A stretch of DNA of 64,000 nt from an uncultured candidate division Zixibacteria bacterium (GTDB lineage Bacteria; Zixibacteria; MSB-5A5; UBA10806; 4484-95): NCBI GenBank assembly GCA_963668625.2, contig CAXXKA010000001.1:352001-416000 (forward strand), written 5' to 3'. Below, in pieces: positions 1 to 9,826 of this stretch (position 1 is its first letter; each line of letters begins with the position of its first letter). The notes under the pieces were generated by a model, which saw only the letters and a list, made by a program, of their open reading frames with translations, was not told the origin of the DNA and did not search any database. The position numbers and the translations under genes were made by a program.

Positions 1-356
1 GGAATATTATACAATGACATAGTGGCTCCGAATTTGGGATCCTTAGCGCCGAAAACCAGTTTGTCCATACGGGCCAGCACCAAAGCTCCGGCACACATCG
101 GACATGGCTCCAGTGTGCAGTAGATGGTGCAACCCTCCAGACGCCAGCTTTCCAGATGGTTGGCGGCAGCGCTGATAGCGAGTATCTCGGCGTGAGCAGT
201 GGGATCATTCAACGATTCGGTGCGGTTATGGCCTTTGCCAATAACCATCCCCTCATGGACGATGACACTGCCGACCGGCACCTCGCCCTCAACGGCGGCG
301 CGCTCGGCCTCTTTGAGCGCCAACTCCATGAAATATTTATCCTTATCGACTATCAT
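1..356 (-). CDS. tadA: tRNA-specific adenosine deaminase (3' end outside window)
   Basis: Manual reverse-strand translation MIVDKDKYFMELALKEAERAAVEGEVPVG...DPTAHAEILAI...TLEPCPMCAGAL shows the HAE and PCxxC zinc motifs; not in the ORF track because it is truncated. Confidence 0.92.
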   Translation of the reverse strand, partial: MIVDKDKYFMELALKEAERAAVEGEVPVGSVIVHEGMVIGKGHNRTESLNDPTAHAEILAISAAANHLESWRLEGCTIYCTLEPCPMCAGALVLARMDKLVFGAKDPKFGATMSLYNI

Positions 357-746
357 CTCACCCGCTGGTTTGTTTAGGAGTAATGCCCCGAAAAAGCAAA
401 CTCTTTTTTCCATTTAATGACAAATCAATCGCATATTATCATGATAAGCTGACTGAAAAGAAGCTATATTGTATGCTATTGGACTGTTATAAATAGGACA
501 AAATGTTAACCTATAATCTGTTGCAGCTCGTTATTAAACCAAAGATTTAACCGAATATATAAATAGCATCAAGAATGTCGAGAGAAGTTCCACAAGCTCG
601 CATCGGTTGTTTTTGCAGCAGTAACTTTGACAATATAGAAGTAGTATGGAGTCATGATCGAGTCAGTAAATTCAATAGAGAATGTGAGTGAAATATTTTT
701 AATATGTTACCGGTTTGGTATTCCATCGTTTTAAAGGAGTTGGGGG

Positions 747-2129
747 ATGGTACATTCAATTGTTACGTTAATAAGCAATAAATGCATTGCCGTGCTTTAT
801 CTGCTTACTATCAGTTTAATCTTTGCCGGTTGCTCTGATATTTTTGCCGATGACTACCTCATTACCGATCTGGGCACGCTAGGAGGCAACTGGAGCCGTG
901 CCTCGAGACTGAACGCTCTCGGAGAGGTCGTTGGCGTGTCTATCAATCAGGAAAGCATGCAACGGGGATTCTATTGGGATAGTTTCGAGCTTCATGATTT
1001 GGGCGTTCCTGACGGTTACATAGTCAGCGGCGCAATAGGGATTAATGATTTAAGTCAGATCGCAGGCTATGCAAATACCAATTACCAGAGTCAGGATGCT
1101 TTTGTCTGGGAGGAAGGCAACTGGATTGATATCAGTCCCGAGGTGTATCCTCACGACGGTATGGCTACTGATATCAACAATTCCTTTCAGGTGGTGGGCT
1201 ATAGCTTTATCCTTGGCCAGAATAGCCGCTTTGAAGCCTGGTTCTGGAAAGACAGCTTATCTACTAATCTCGGCTCGCTTGGTGGCAATAAAACGTATGC
1301 CTCGGCAATTAACATGCTCGAGCAGGTAGTTGGCTGGTCGCAAACCGAAGATACCGCGCAGTTCATTCGTCATGCATTCATCTGGGAGGATGATATGATA
1401 TCCGATCTGGGCGTGCTGGCAGGAGAGACAAGCAGTGTTGCCTATGATATAAATGACAATCAACAGGTTTGTGGAGAATCCTCGCATAAGCAGGATGTTT
1501 CCCCTTATCTCAACGTATCCCGGCCATGTATGTGGCAGGAGGATGAGATAATCGACCTGGGTTTATTGCCCGGATATAGCGGGGGATCGGCCACGGCTAT
1601 CAACAATCAGGGGCAGATAGTCGGTTGGCTATCAATCAATCTCTCCGGCAGCCCTGAAATTGCTTTTATTTATGATGATGGCGTGATGTACGATTTAAAC
1701 CTGCTCATACCTGAAAACTCAGGCTGGGTGTTGCAAACCGCCACGGATATCAACGATTTCGGCCAAATAACCGGCAATGGTATCGCCCCCAATGGCGAAA
1801 CTCATGCCTACTTGCTCGAATCGCAACAGGTCGGTATGACCGAGAACGGTGAGGCGGTAATCCCAACGGACTATAAGCTGATATCGAATTATCCAAATCC
1901 ATTCAATGCCGGTACGGTGATCAGCTACAAACTGACTGACCCATCCCGGGTGACGATTATCGTATACGATATCCTCGGCCGCGAGATTCAGACACTGGTA
2001 TCGGGTTATCATGAGGCGGGGCAGCATCAGGTTAGCTGGCGTGCGGATGGTATATCCTCGGGAGTGTACTTTTATCGGATGATTCCCGGCAGCAACAGCC
2101 AAACCGGGATGATGACTTTATTGAAATAG
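747..2129 (+). CDS. Secreted HAF-repeat (beta-propeller-like) protein with T9SS-type C-terminal sorting domain
   Basis: Signal/lipoprotein-like N-terminus, repeated DLGTLGG...IN..GQ(V/I)VG..HAF units, C-terminal NYPNPFN...GMMTLLK. Confidence 0.85.
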   Translation: MVHSIVTLISNKCIAVLYLLTISLIFAGCSDIFADDYLITDLGTLGGNWSRASRLNALGEVVGVSINQESMQRGFYWDSFELHDLGVPDGYIVSGAIGINDLSQIAGYANTNYQSQDAFVWEEGNWIDISPEVYPHDGMATDINNSFQVVGYSFILGQNSRFEAWFWKDSLSTNLGSLGGNKTYASAINMLEQVVGWSQTEDTAQFIRHAFIWEDDMISDLGVLAGETSSVAYDINDNQQVCGESSHKQDVSPYLNVSRPCMWQEDEIIDLGLLPGYSGGSATAINNQGQIVGWLSINLSGSPEIAFIYDDGVMYDLNLLIPENSGWVLQTATDINDFGQITGNGIAPNGETHAYLLESQQVGMTENGEAVIPTDYKLISNYPNPFNAGTVISYKLTDPSRVTIIVYDILGREIQTLVSGYHEAGQHQVSWRADGISSGVYFYRMIPGSNSQTGMMTLLK

Positions 2130-2215
2130 AGATCATAAACGCTATTATAAGGAATTTAAAGCAAAAAGTTGTATAAGCTTATTGTACATCAGTCTAGTAT
2201 GTAAGATATTACAGT

Positions 2216-2956
2216 TTAACCAAATTCCGGCAGTCTCTTGCAAGTCCCTGCCAGGCAGAATGGATCCTCGATCTTCATCGGCTCGCCGATCGCATAGCCC
2301 TGACCATATTTTACGCCAACCATTCCACCGAACGATCGCGCCATCGACTCCAGCGACCAGATATAATCTTTATCCTTGTTGGGATTGAGAAATTGCGATT
2401 TATGAGCTTTCAACGCCTCCATCCAGCGGCCGAACTGGTCGGTGATATCGACTACGAAAGTGGGCGAGACCTCAGGCGGCAGGAAATAATGATATAGCGC
2501 GCCGATCTTATACGGCTCCTCCTCGATTGCCAGTTTCTTGAATGAAGCATAATAAGCGGCGTTCATCACTATTTTGCCGGTTGCCAGATGGTCGGGGTGG
2601 CTTTGACGTTTCCCATGACCACCTTGCCAATAGGGAGCGAAAACGATTTTAGGCTTATGGCGTCGCAATAGTTGAGCGATAGCAACACGACTATCGAAAT
2701 TATCAACCACCCGGCAATCGCCGAAATCCAGCGTTGCCAGTATCTGCGCACCCAGTATATCGGCCGCGGCTTTCGCCTCCAGTTCGCGGATTTCCGGCGT
2801 ACCTCCGGTTCCCATCTCACCCCGGGTCACATAAACGATACCGGTTCGGTAGCCACGTTCTTTCATTTTGATTAATAGGCCGCCGCAACCGACCTCAACA
2901 TCATCGGGATGTGCCCCGATAGCCATCATATCCACCGTTAAATCGTTATCATCCAT
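2216..2956 (-). CDS. bshB1: PIG-L family deacetylase, BshB1-like (bacillithiol biosynthesis)
   Basis: AHPDDVE, TRGEMGTGGT, HPDH and AHKSQF motifs. Confidence 0.75.
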   Translation of the reverse strand: MDDNDLTVDMMAIGAHPDDVEVGCGGLLIKMKERGYRTGIVYVTRGEMGTGGTPEIRELEAKAAADILGAQILATLDFGDCRVVDNFDSRVAIAQLLRRHKPKIVFAPYWQGGHGKRQSHPDHLATGKIVMNAAYYASFKKLAIEEEPYKIGALYHYFLPPEVSPTFVVDITDQFGRWMEALKAHKSQFLNPNKDKDYIWSLESMARSFGGMVGVKYGQGYAIGEPMKIEDPFCLAGTCKRLPEFG

Positions 2957-3306
2957 GTCTATTAATCCTTAAATATTTTTGCGCCAGGTTCTCTAAGATA
3001 GCTCTTATTCTGATGACTTAGCTACCGCACACTATAATAGAATATAAACCGAGATATTGCAAGAATGGTTGATATAATTATTGATTATCAGATGAGCGCT
3101 CTAATATTTTAATATCTTACTTTTGGATGATAGTAGAAACATTTTACTTATTTGGAAAGTTAGTTATATTTAGTTAATACGATTTGGTCATTATCAAAAA
3201 GAACATCAGATGATATCGCCCGGATAATTGCTTGACCGAGCGCTATCGAATAGTTTTACGGCATGATGATAAGGGGAAGTGGAAATTTGATTTCCGGAGG
3301 AAAAGT

Positions 3307-4668
3307 ATGAATGGTTCCGTCAAACTTATTAGTAAATTATTGCTGGTTTTTTTCGTGTGGATTATATTTCTGAGCACGGATATCTCCGCCCAGAATTATA
3401 ACCTTCTCGACCTCGGCACGATCGGTGGAGATATGAGTACCGGTGCTGATGTGAACGAGTTGGGCCTGGCGGTAGGATCAGCCACGACATACGGGGGAGC
3501 GCTTCACGCATTCGTATGGGTACTTGGATTCTCCGTAGATATGGGCGCGCCTTTCCCGTATACCGTAAGCGAGGCCACCGGTATCAATTATCAGGGAACT
3601 GTAATAGCCTATGCCGAGGGCCAGAATCAGAGCCAGTATGCTTATCTTAATGATGACGACAACTGGACGTACCTGGGAACGTTGCCGGAGCTTGACTACA
3701 GCGTGCCTACCGGTATCAATAATTACGATCAGATATGTGGTTATTCGTTCATGCTCGGCCCTGATGGCGGTTCGATGGCCTGGTTATGGCAGTCTGATGT
3801 AATGACTCCGCTGGGTACCCTGGGCGGTTCGAGAAGCAAGGCTAACGCTATTAACCAGGCCGGTGAGATTGTCGGTTACTCCGAGATAGATTTACCCGAC
3901 AGCTCGATTAATCACGCCTGCGAGTGGTTTGGCGATAGCGTCATCGATCTGGGCGTGCTCGAGGGCGAAAGTCAAAGCTCCGCCAATGATATAAGCGATA
4001 ACGGACAGATCGCCGGCTCGTCATACCATCAGCAAACAACCTATCCGTTTTTGACAGTCGCGAAACCTTGCCTGTGGCGTGATGATCAGATTATCGAGTT
4101 GGAACTGGTGGATGGCTATATCACCGGCACGGCAAGCGGTGTGAACAATAACGGCCAGGTGGTTGGAAATATGAGCATGACACTGGCGGGGGGAGACTCG
4201 CACGCTTTTCTATGGCAAAATGATATGATGTATGATCTTAACGATAGAATTCCTAATTCTCCGGACTGGGAAATAATCAGCGCCTCGAATATTCTCAATA
4301 CCGGTATAATAGTCGGCACCGGTATCAATCCAAACGGGCAATGGCGGGGTATCCTGTTGGCGCCTTCTCAAACGGATGCTCCGGAGTATAGCGAGTTGAA
4401 ACCGTCATCATATTTGATCGCGGAAAACTACCCCAATCCGTTTAACAATCGTACTGTAATAAATTATTCAATACCGGATGATGCCAGGGTGAGTATTGAT
4501 ATTTACGATATTCTTGGCCGCAAAGTAGAATCGCTGGTCGAGGGTTACATGGCCGCCGGGGAACATGAGGTAAGCTGGAACGCTGGAAACTACAACAGCG
4601 GCGTTTATTTTTACAATATTACCGCAGGTACTAGCAGTAGCATGGGTATGATGACTTTGATGAAATAA
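3307..4668 (+). CDS. Secreted HAF-repeat protein with T9SS-type C-terminal domain (paralog of 747..2129)
   Basis: Same repeat units and NYPNPFN...GMMTLMK end; start moved to ATG 3307 behind GGAGG at 3296-3300. Confidence 0.85.
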   Translation: MNGSVKLISKLLLVFFVWIIFLSTDISAQNYNLLDLGTIGGDMSTGADVNELGLAVGSATTYGGALHAFVWVLGFSVDMGAPFPYTVSEATGINYQGTVIAYAEGQNQSQYAYLNDDDNWTYLGTLPELDYSVPTGINNYDQICGYSFMLGPDGGSMAWLWQSDVMTPLGTLGGSRSKANAINQAGEIVGYSEIDLPDSSINHACEWFGDSVIDLGVLEGESQSSANDISDNGQIAGSSYHQQTTYPFLTVAKPCLWRDDQIIELELVDGYITGTASGVNNNGQVVGNMSMTLAGGDSHAFLWQNDMMYDLNDRIPNSPDWEIISASNILNTGIIVGTGINPNGQWRGILLAPSQTDAPEYSELKPSSYLIAENYPNPFNNRTVINYSIPDDARVSIDIYDILGRKVESLVEGYMAAGEHEVSWNAGNYNSGVYFYNITAGTSSSMGMMTLMK

Positions 4669-4682
4669 GCTTCATGAGACGA

Positions 4683-6176
4683 TCAGGGCGATACATTAAC
4701 CCGGATGCTGTCGCTTTGATGATTGTCTACCTTGAATACGAGGAAGGTTTCATCCTCGAAAAGAACCCCATATTTCTGCTTTGATTCCTCTAAGAAACTC
4801 TCGTATTTGCCCTCGGGCCAGTCCTTAACGCGAGGATCAGGTAGATAGATTGCCATGTAATCGTAATCAGATTCCAGGTCTTTTAATAACCATAACCGTC
4901 CCGCAGTTTTAACGTGCCCCAGGAGATGAGGTTGGATTTTATTGGTCGAGATGACCTTGCTCGATTCGGGGAAAAGCGGTAGTACGTTATTAACGAAACT
5001 CCTGTATTCGCAACTGTCGAATCTTACGATATTACGAGTATAGGCCGCTGATACTGCGCAGAGATTGTATATGACCATTAAAACAGCAACTGTTATTATA
5101 GTCTTTCTAAGCTTATGCCTTCCGCTTTGCTCATAACTTTCAAGCTTTTTTCTTAACCTGATAAACCCATGCACCGAGGCGAAGAATAAAAAAGGTAGGG
5201 ATGGCGCGGCATAGTGAGCGTTAAACATGTATTGATGGTAATGAGACGATACCATCTGGTAGAACAACGGCGCGGCTGCAGTAAGAAGCTTAAGAGGCGC
5301 GAGAACGGGTAACAGAATAAACGAGCCTAACACCAGAAACAGGCGTACTAATTTCTCGGGAGGTGTTACGAGGTTTTTGATAACTATATCCGGCCGGGTG
5401 AGAATATTTTTTACCACATCGCCGGTTGTTTCTCCCAGGCCCTCATAGTAATTGATATGCACATAATCATTTCCCGGATCACGCGGCATCAGGTAATTGA
5501 TAATAACTAAGAATCCGGCTACTCCAATCAAAAACATGAGCACACCACTGGTGCGTTTACCTTTTCTGAATATCACCACCCAGAAACCGAAAGCGGCGAG
5601 TGTCACCGGGAAATCCTCTTTTATCGTTATGATAACCAGCGATGTAATAGCAATAATCAGCAGGCTTTTATAACTCTGAGTTTTTTCAACCAGTAGCAGT
5701 AACAGCATCAAAAGAGGCACGCCCAGCGTATCGATACGGTAGTCGGTTAAATTTATTCCCATCAAATAGTAACTGACAGTATAGATAAATGTTACCAGTA
5801 ACGCCTGTCTTTCATCTTTTAAAATCGTTCGGGCCAGAAAGAACGCTATGATGACCGAAAGATACAAGCAGATATTCTGAAAAATGAACAGCACGCTGGA
5901 ATCATCCCACAAGTAAAATAAGACGCCCGGTATAGCCAGTGCCACAGCGAAATGATCCGAGAGATGATTAATATCCATTACCTCGTTATAGAAATTACCG
6001 TGAAATACGATGTTCCTGGCTACTCCGGCTTGAATTCCAGTATCATAAGCGTTGGTTCTAAATTGGTAGTGACGGGCCAGGTCGGCCAGCGTGGCGAAAA
6101 TAAAACAAACCGTGAGTAATATAAAAAGCATCTTTTTTAATCGAGCCGTGTCGTTTAGCCAATCGAATTTGATCAA
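4683..6176 (-). CDS. DUF2079-like multi-pass membrane protein (putative GT-C glycosyltransferase)
   Basis: YDTGI..Q, HLSDHF, KED and HY motifs among many TM segments. Confidence 0.65.
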   Translation of the reverse strand: MIKFDWLNDTARLKKMLFILLTVCFIFATLADLARHYQFRTNAYDTGIQAGVARNIVFHGNFYNEVMDINHLSDHFAVALAIPGVLFYLWDDSSVLFIFQNICLYLSVIIAFFLARTILKDERQALLVTFIYTVSYYLMGINLTDYRIDTLGVPLLMLLLLLVEKTQSYKSLLIIAITSLVIITIKEDFPVTLAAFGFWVVIFRKGKRTSGVLMFLIGVAGFLVIINYLMPRDPGNDYVHINYYEGLGETTGDVVKNILTRPDIVIKNLVTPPEKLVRLFLVLGSFILLPVLAPLKLLTAAAPLFYQMVSSHYHQYMFNAHYAAPSLPFLFFASVHGFIRLRKKLESYEQSGRHKLRKTIITVAVLMVIYNLCAVSAAYTRNIVRFDSCEYRSFVNNVLPLFPESSKVISTNKIQPHLLGHVKTAGRLWLLKDLESDYDYMAIYLPDPRVKDWPEGKYESFLEESKQKYGVLFEDETFLVFKVDNHQSDSIRVNVSP

Positions 6177-6542
6177 TTATCCTCCATAAATCATTGAAGG
6201 TTCAGTTGTTCACAGTAGCGCAATACCAAACATCCGAAATAGCAGTGGCTATTATATGTAGAAAGATAACGATCTGCAAGCTCTTTTAATTAGATAGTAA
6301 ATCCCATAATACACATTAGATATGACTGAATCAGCTATCAAACGCTGGTAATATAAAGCCTGTCGAATTGATCCGATTGTGATATTATTTGCGAAATCAC
6401 TGGTGACTATAAATTGTTGTTTTTCGAGGAGTAATTCTTTGTGATGATGATCCGTATGCTTTACTCTAAAATCGTAAAACTTCAGGACTTTTTTTGATGT
6501 TTAGACCATCCTGCTAATAGCGTATATACGTTTTCATACGAG

Positions 6543-7046
6543 TCAAGACAGATTATCCGTGTTTACGATTCGGTTTTTTTTACCTGCCAGAAATCTGATT
6601 TTAAACTCCTCCAGACAACTGCTACGTACTGCTACATATAGGCGTGAGATATCCGAATCGAGCAGTTGTTTCAGGCAATAGTAATAACCATTTCCGTTTA
6701 ATTCATACGGCCCGACCTCATCCAAGAATACTACCCCTCTTTGCTCGTAATTCAGAAGCGCCCGGCAGGCGAAATCGAATCCTTTCTGCGAGAAAATATA
6801 CTTACCGACAGGGAAACTTTCGGGTATATCCCAATTAATACGGGCTAATGGCTTTGTTTTGCCTGAGGATAAATCAATTATTTCGAAACCTGTTTTATTG
6901 CCGTTGTCGAAAATTCCACGGGCGATTATACCGGTAGGGGAGATACCGTTTTGACGTTCACTCTCCACCAGCATTTCAAAAAGTGATGATTTACCGGAGT
7001 TGATTTCACCGGTGACTACTATTACCTCTAATCCGAATTCGGCCAT
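6543..7046 (-). CDS. Small P-loop NTPase (NTPase_1/DUF2478-like)
   Basis: Walker A GEINSGKS, Walker B VVFLDEVGPYEL. Confidence 0.7.
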   Translation of the reverse strand: MAEFGLEVIVVTGEINSGKSSLFEMLVESERQNGISPTGIIARGIFDNGNKTGFEIIDLSSGKTKPLARINWDIPESFPVGKYIFSQKGFDFACRALLNYEQRGVVFLDEVGPYELNGNGYYYCLKQLLDSDISRLYVAVRSSCLEEFKIRFLAGKKNRIVNTDNLS

Positions 7047-7067
7047 TTACTTATCTGGGTGAATCGA

Positions 7068-7766
7068 TTAAATGCCGTTCGAGACAGCGATAGCACATGC
7101 CAGCCAGCAGATAGCGGTGGTTGCGATCGAGCCGATATAATACAAGCTCGGCCTGGCCTCGAACAGGGCCATATTTCTATTCGCTATTTTTAATCCGAGA
7201 TACCATCCAACCGGGAACAATACCGCTGCCGCAATTGTCCAGACCAACGCCTCTTTATAGAGGTATGAGCCAAATCCCGCGGCTGAATTAAACGACAGCA
7301 GATAGTTACACGGAGCCACATGCATGCCGGCAAAATAGAATGCAATCGAGCTTACCGCCGCCGCGCCGCCGCCGATCATAATTCGGCTTTTGACACTTTT
7401 CTGCATCGAGCCCATCGCCACCGCGGCTATACCGCCCAGCGCGCCGTATTCGAGCATCACGGCCAGGCTGGAGTTGGCCATGCACATTGCGGGCAAGTGA
7501 AGCATCACCACCGCCAGGTTTTTGCTCATGATAGCTATCAGCGCGATAAATATCGCTATAACCGGTTTTCTGAATATTGCTATACCCAGGCCGATTACCG
7601 CGAATCCCAGTCCGACCAGAAGACCCGATCTAAAAGCGAAATCGGTTTGCTTTAGCAGGCCGCCTATAACGACCTCGATTAAACCGCAGATTGAACCAAG
7701 CGCAATAATAGCCAGGATTAAATTAGCTTTGCTCGTTCTGGTGACTTTTGTTTGGTTGTTGCTCAT
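7068..7766 (-). CDS. Hypothetical membrane protein (about 6 TM), likely co-transcribed with the NTPase
   Basis: Hydrophobic helices throughout; 21 bp gap to the NTPase gene. Confidence 0.6.
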   Translation of the reverse strand: MSNNQTKVTRTSKANLILAIIALGSICGLIEVVIGGLLKQTDFAFRSGLLVGLGFAVIGLGIAIFRKPVIAIFIALIAIMSKNLAVVMLHLPAMCMANSSLAVMLEYGALGGIAAVAMGSMQKSVKSRIMIGGGAAAVSSIAFYFAGMHVAPCNYLLSFNSAAGFGSYLYKEALVWTIAAAVLFPVGWYLGLKIANRNMALFEARPSLYYIGSIATTAICWLACAIAVSNGI

Positions 7767-7952
7767 ATTGTTTCTTTCTTGCTAAATACTTTCTCTAAAC
7801 GATAAATCAATACCGGATACAACTCAGCCGGCCGGAATCCATGGATTTCAACTCTAAAAATTTAATATGAAGGCTTAAATGTCAAGGGATTTTGAGTATC
7901 GAGCAGGAGAGAGACAGAGCCACGATTAAGTTAATTATTGATACAAAGCTGA

Positions 7953-8165
7953 ATTAATAAACCGCCCGGAGAGTGAGTCCGGACGGTTTGATGCAGCAAA
8001 TCTGCCGCCCACGAGTTGGTAGAGAGTGACTGCCGGATAATCTATTCTGTCATTCCCATGAAAGTGAGAACCTGCTAATCAAACCTGTGAAATCATTCCT
8101 CCTGGTTCCAAAGCGCTGCTTTAGAACCAGGCCCGCGCTGGCAGAGATGTATTATTCCGTTGCTT
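7953..8165. repeat. Direct repeat copy A (partner 9179..9346)
   Basis: attaataaaccgcccggagagtgagtccggacggtttgatgcagca...tctgccgcccacgagttggtagagagtgact...ctggttccaaagcgctgcttt...cagagatgtattattccg is shared with copy B; copy A has an extra ~50 bp near 8049-8101. Confidence 0.9.
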
Positions 8166-8213
8166 GCGGCAATGTTCATTGAACAGGAAGGAACCCTTTC
8201 CTTCCTGCTGGTT

Positions 8214-8252
8214 TCATGCAGTATGTCGCCGGGAAAGTATGAACAAAGGACT
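8214..8252. repeat. Dispersed repeat block, inverted copy at 42015..42053
   Basis: tcatgcagtatgtcgccgggaaagtatgaacaaaggact matches the reverse complement of 42015-42053 with one mismatch. Confidence 0.9.
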
Positions 8253-8347
8253 CCGTCTTCCCAGTGACTCGTGTGAACGATTTTTCCGATAATCCCCCGA
8301 AGTTTGGGAACGAGTACAAAATTGCGATAATTGCAGATCTAGATAAG

Positions 8348-8677
8348 TCATCTTACTGACTTGATTTCATGCGCTTTTCTCGTTCGAACGAATTTGATGT
8401 CGACATATCGATTCAGAGCCGATGCGATCCTTTGAATCATTGATAGAGAGTGACCTGAGTAATCTGCATTCTCAAGCCTTGAAATTACAGATGATGTTGT
8501 ACCGACAATCTTCGCTAATTCTCTTTGAGTCATACCACTTTTCTTGCGAAGATTATACAAATCGCGTGCGATGCGCGCGTTTATCCGTTCATGTTCGAGT
8601 GATTCTATACGATCAGGTTTGTCTTTATAATATCGCTTATGTAGAATAGATATGGCATCAGTTGTTTTCTTTTTCAT
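8348..8677 (-). CDS. XRE-family HTH antitoxin (HigA-like)
   Basis: LRKKSGMTQRELAKIVGTTSSVISRLEN HTH; directly downstream of the toxin gene. Confidence 0.85.
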   Translation of the reverse strand: MKKKTTDAISILHKRYYKDKPDRIESLEHERINARIARDLYNLRKKSGMTQRELAKIVGTTSSVISRLENADYSGHSLSMIQRIASALNRYVDIKFVRTRKAHEIKSVR

Positions 8678-8681
8678 ATTA

Positions 8682-9050
8682 TTACTCCTTATATGTGTGC
8701 TGCGATGGTGATTTTATGAATTTTTTAAGTCGTTTATCCGCGGCAGATATTTCTTTTTTGGGTACCGCCGATCTCTGTTTAGTAAAACCATGTGATAAAA
8801 CCACAAGTTCGTTTCCATGAAAAAAGTACAGCACCCGATAGTTCACTGATTGATGTTTGAAACGGAGTTCATAAATTTGATTCTCGAGATAATCGGCCTC
8901 AGGCCTTTTTAGCTCATGGCCTAACTCCTTCAGCCTCTCCAATCTGACCCTGCATTTATCCTGTACTTTTTTATGAAGTTTATCAAACCATTTTAGGAAC
9001 GGCGCCTCTCCTTTTCTATTACAATAAAATACTAATTTAACTTTCGGCAT
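8682..9050 (-). CDS. Type II TA toxin, RelE/ParE superfamily (Gp49/HigB-like)
   Basis: GHELKRPEADYL..IYELR....YRVLYFF....VLSHGFTK pattern; toxin-first order. Confidence 0.85.
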   Translation of the reverse strand: MPKVKLVFYCNRKGEAPFLKWFDKLHKKVQDKCRVRLERLKELGHELKRPEADYLENQIYELRFKHQSVNYRVLYFFHGNELVVLSHGFTKQRSAVPKKEISAADKRLKKFIKSPSQHTYKE

Positions 9051-9075
9051 TATATTCCTCCGACTATAAATATAA

Positions 9076-9091
9076 TTCGCAATATTGCGAA
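9076..9091. promoter_or_regulatory. Perfect 16-bp palindrome, probable TA autoregulatory operator
   Basis: TTCGCAATATTGCGAA lies just downstream of a minus-strand TTGACT (9095-9100) and upstream of the toxin start. Confidence 0.7.
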
Positions 9092-9178
9092 AAAAGTCAA
9101 GAGGAATTTATCTTTATTTTAATCGAATTCAATGATGTGTTTGTGAGTCTTTAATGGATGCTGGTTTAATCGCATGGC

Positions 9179-9379
9179 ATTAATAAACCGCCCGGAGAGT
9201 GAGTCCGGACGGTTTGATGCAGCATATATCTGCCGCCCACGAGTTGGTAGAGAGTGACTACCAGAGAATCTACTATTCTCTTTCTGGTTCCAAAGCGCTG
9301 CTTTGGAACCTTGCCCGCACTGTCAGAGATGTATTATTCCGCCGCTTTCAACAGCATTACGAAGCAGCGCTTCGTAATG
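9179..9379. repeat. Direct repeat copy B plus REP-like hairpin
   Basis: Matches 7953..8165; ends in the hairpin cattacgaagc-agc-gcttcgtaatg (9355-9379). Confidence 0.9.
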
Positions 9380-9487
9380 AGGGGTAATCTTTTTATCAAA
9401 CACGCGAAGCCCATCAATGAGCTCCTCGTTTTCACGGGGATGATACTGCGGGGCGAGGACATCCAGCATCTTATGTCAGATTGTTTC

Positions 9488-9826
9488 CTACAAATCCTCA
9501 ACCTTAACAGCCGTACCGTACGCCAATAGCTCGGCCGCGCCCTGCATCATGGAGGAGGTGCCGAAACGAAGCGCTACGATCGCGTTCGCCCCCAATGTCA
9601 TTGCCTCGGCGGTCATCCTGTCCAACGCCTGCTCGCGCGACTCGGCTATCATCTTGGTGTAATCGGATACCTCGCCGCCAACAATATTCCGCAAGCCGGC
9701 CAGTATATCTCGTCCCACATGACGGGCGCGGATGGTGTTACCACGCACCAGCCCGTAGACCTCGATAATCTTCTTACCGGGAATCTCATCCGAGGTCACG
9801 ATCATAAATTCAGGGGGATTATTCAA
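9488..9826 (-). CDS. YbjQ/UPF0145 family protein
   Basis: GLVRGNTIRARHVGRDILAGLRNIVGGE and GANAIVALRF...AYGTAV signature. Confidence 0.9.
   Translation of the reverse strand: MNNPPEFMIVTSDEIPGKKIIEVYGLVRGNTIRARHVGRDILAGLRNIVGGEVSDYTKMIAESREQALDRMTAEAMTLGANAIVALRFGTSSMMQGAAELLAYGTAVKVEDL

Noticed and set aside
156-417. Plus-strand ORFs 156..377 and 199..417
   Set aside because: Antisense shadows of tadA
7953-9346. Integron cassette (attC sites) or CRISPR array
   Set aside because: Only two long copies, no RYYYAAC/GTTRRRY boxes at proper spacing, no integrase or cas genes, no repeat-spacer periodicity
9199-9529. Short ORFs here and at 11010..11447 and 42008..42202
   Set aside because: They run through REP-like palindromic repeats; their mutual similarity comes from the DNA repeat
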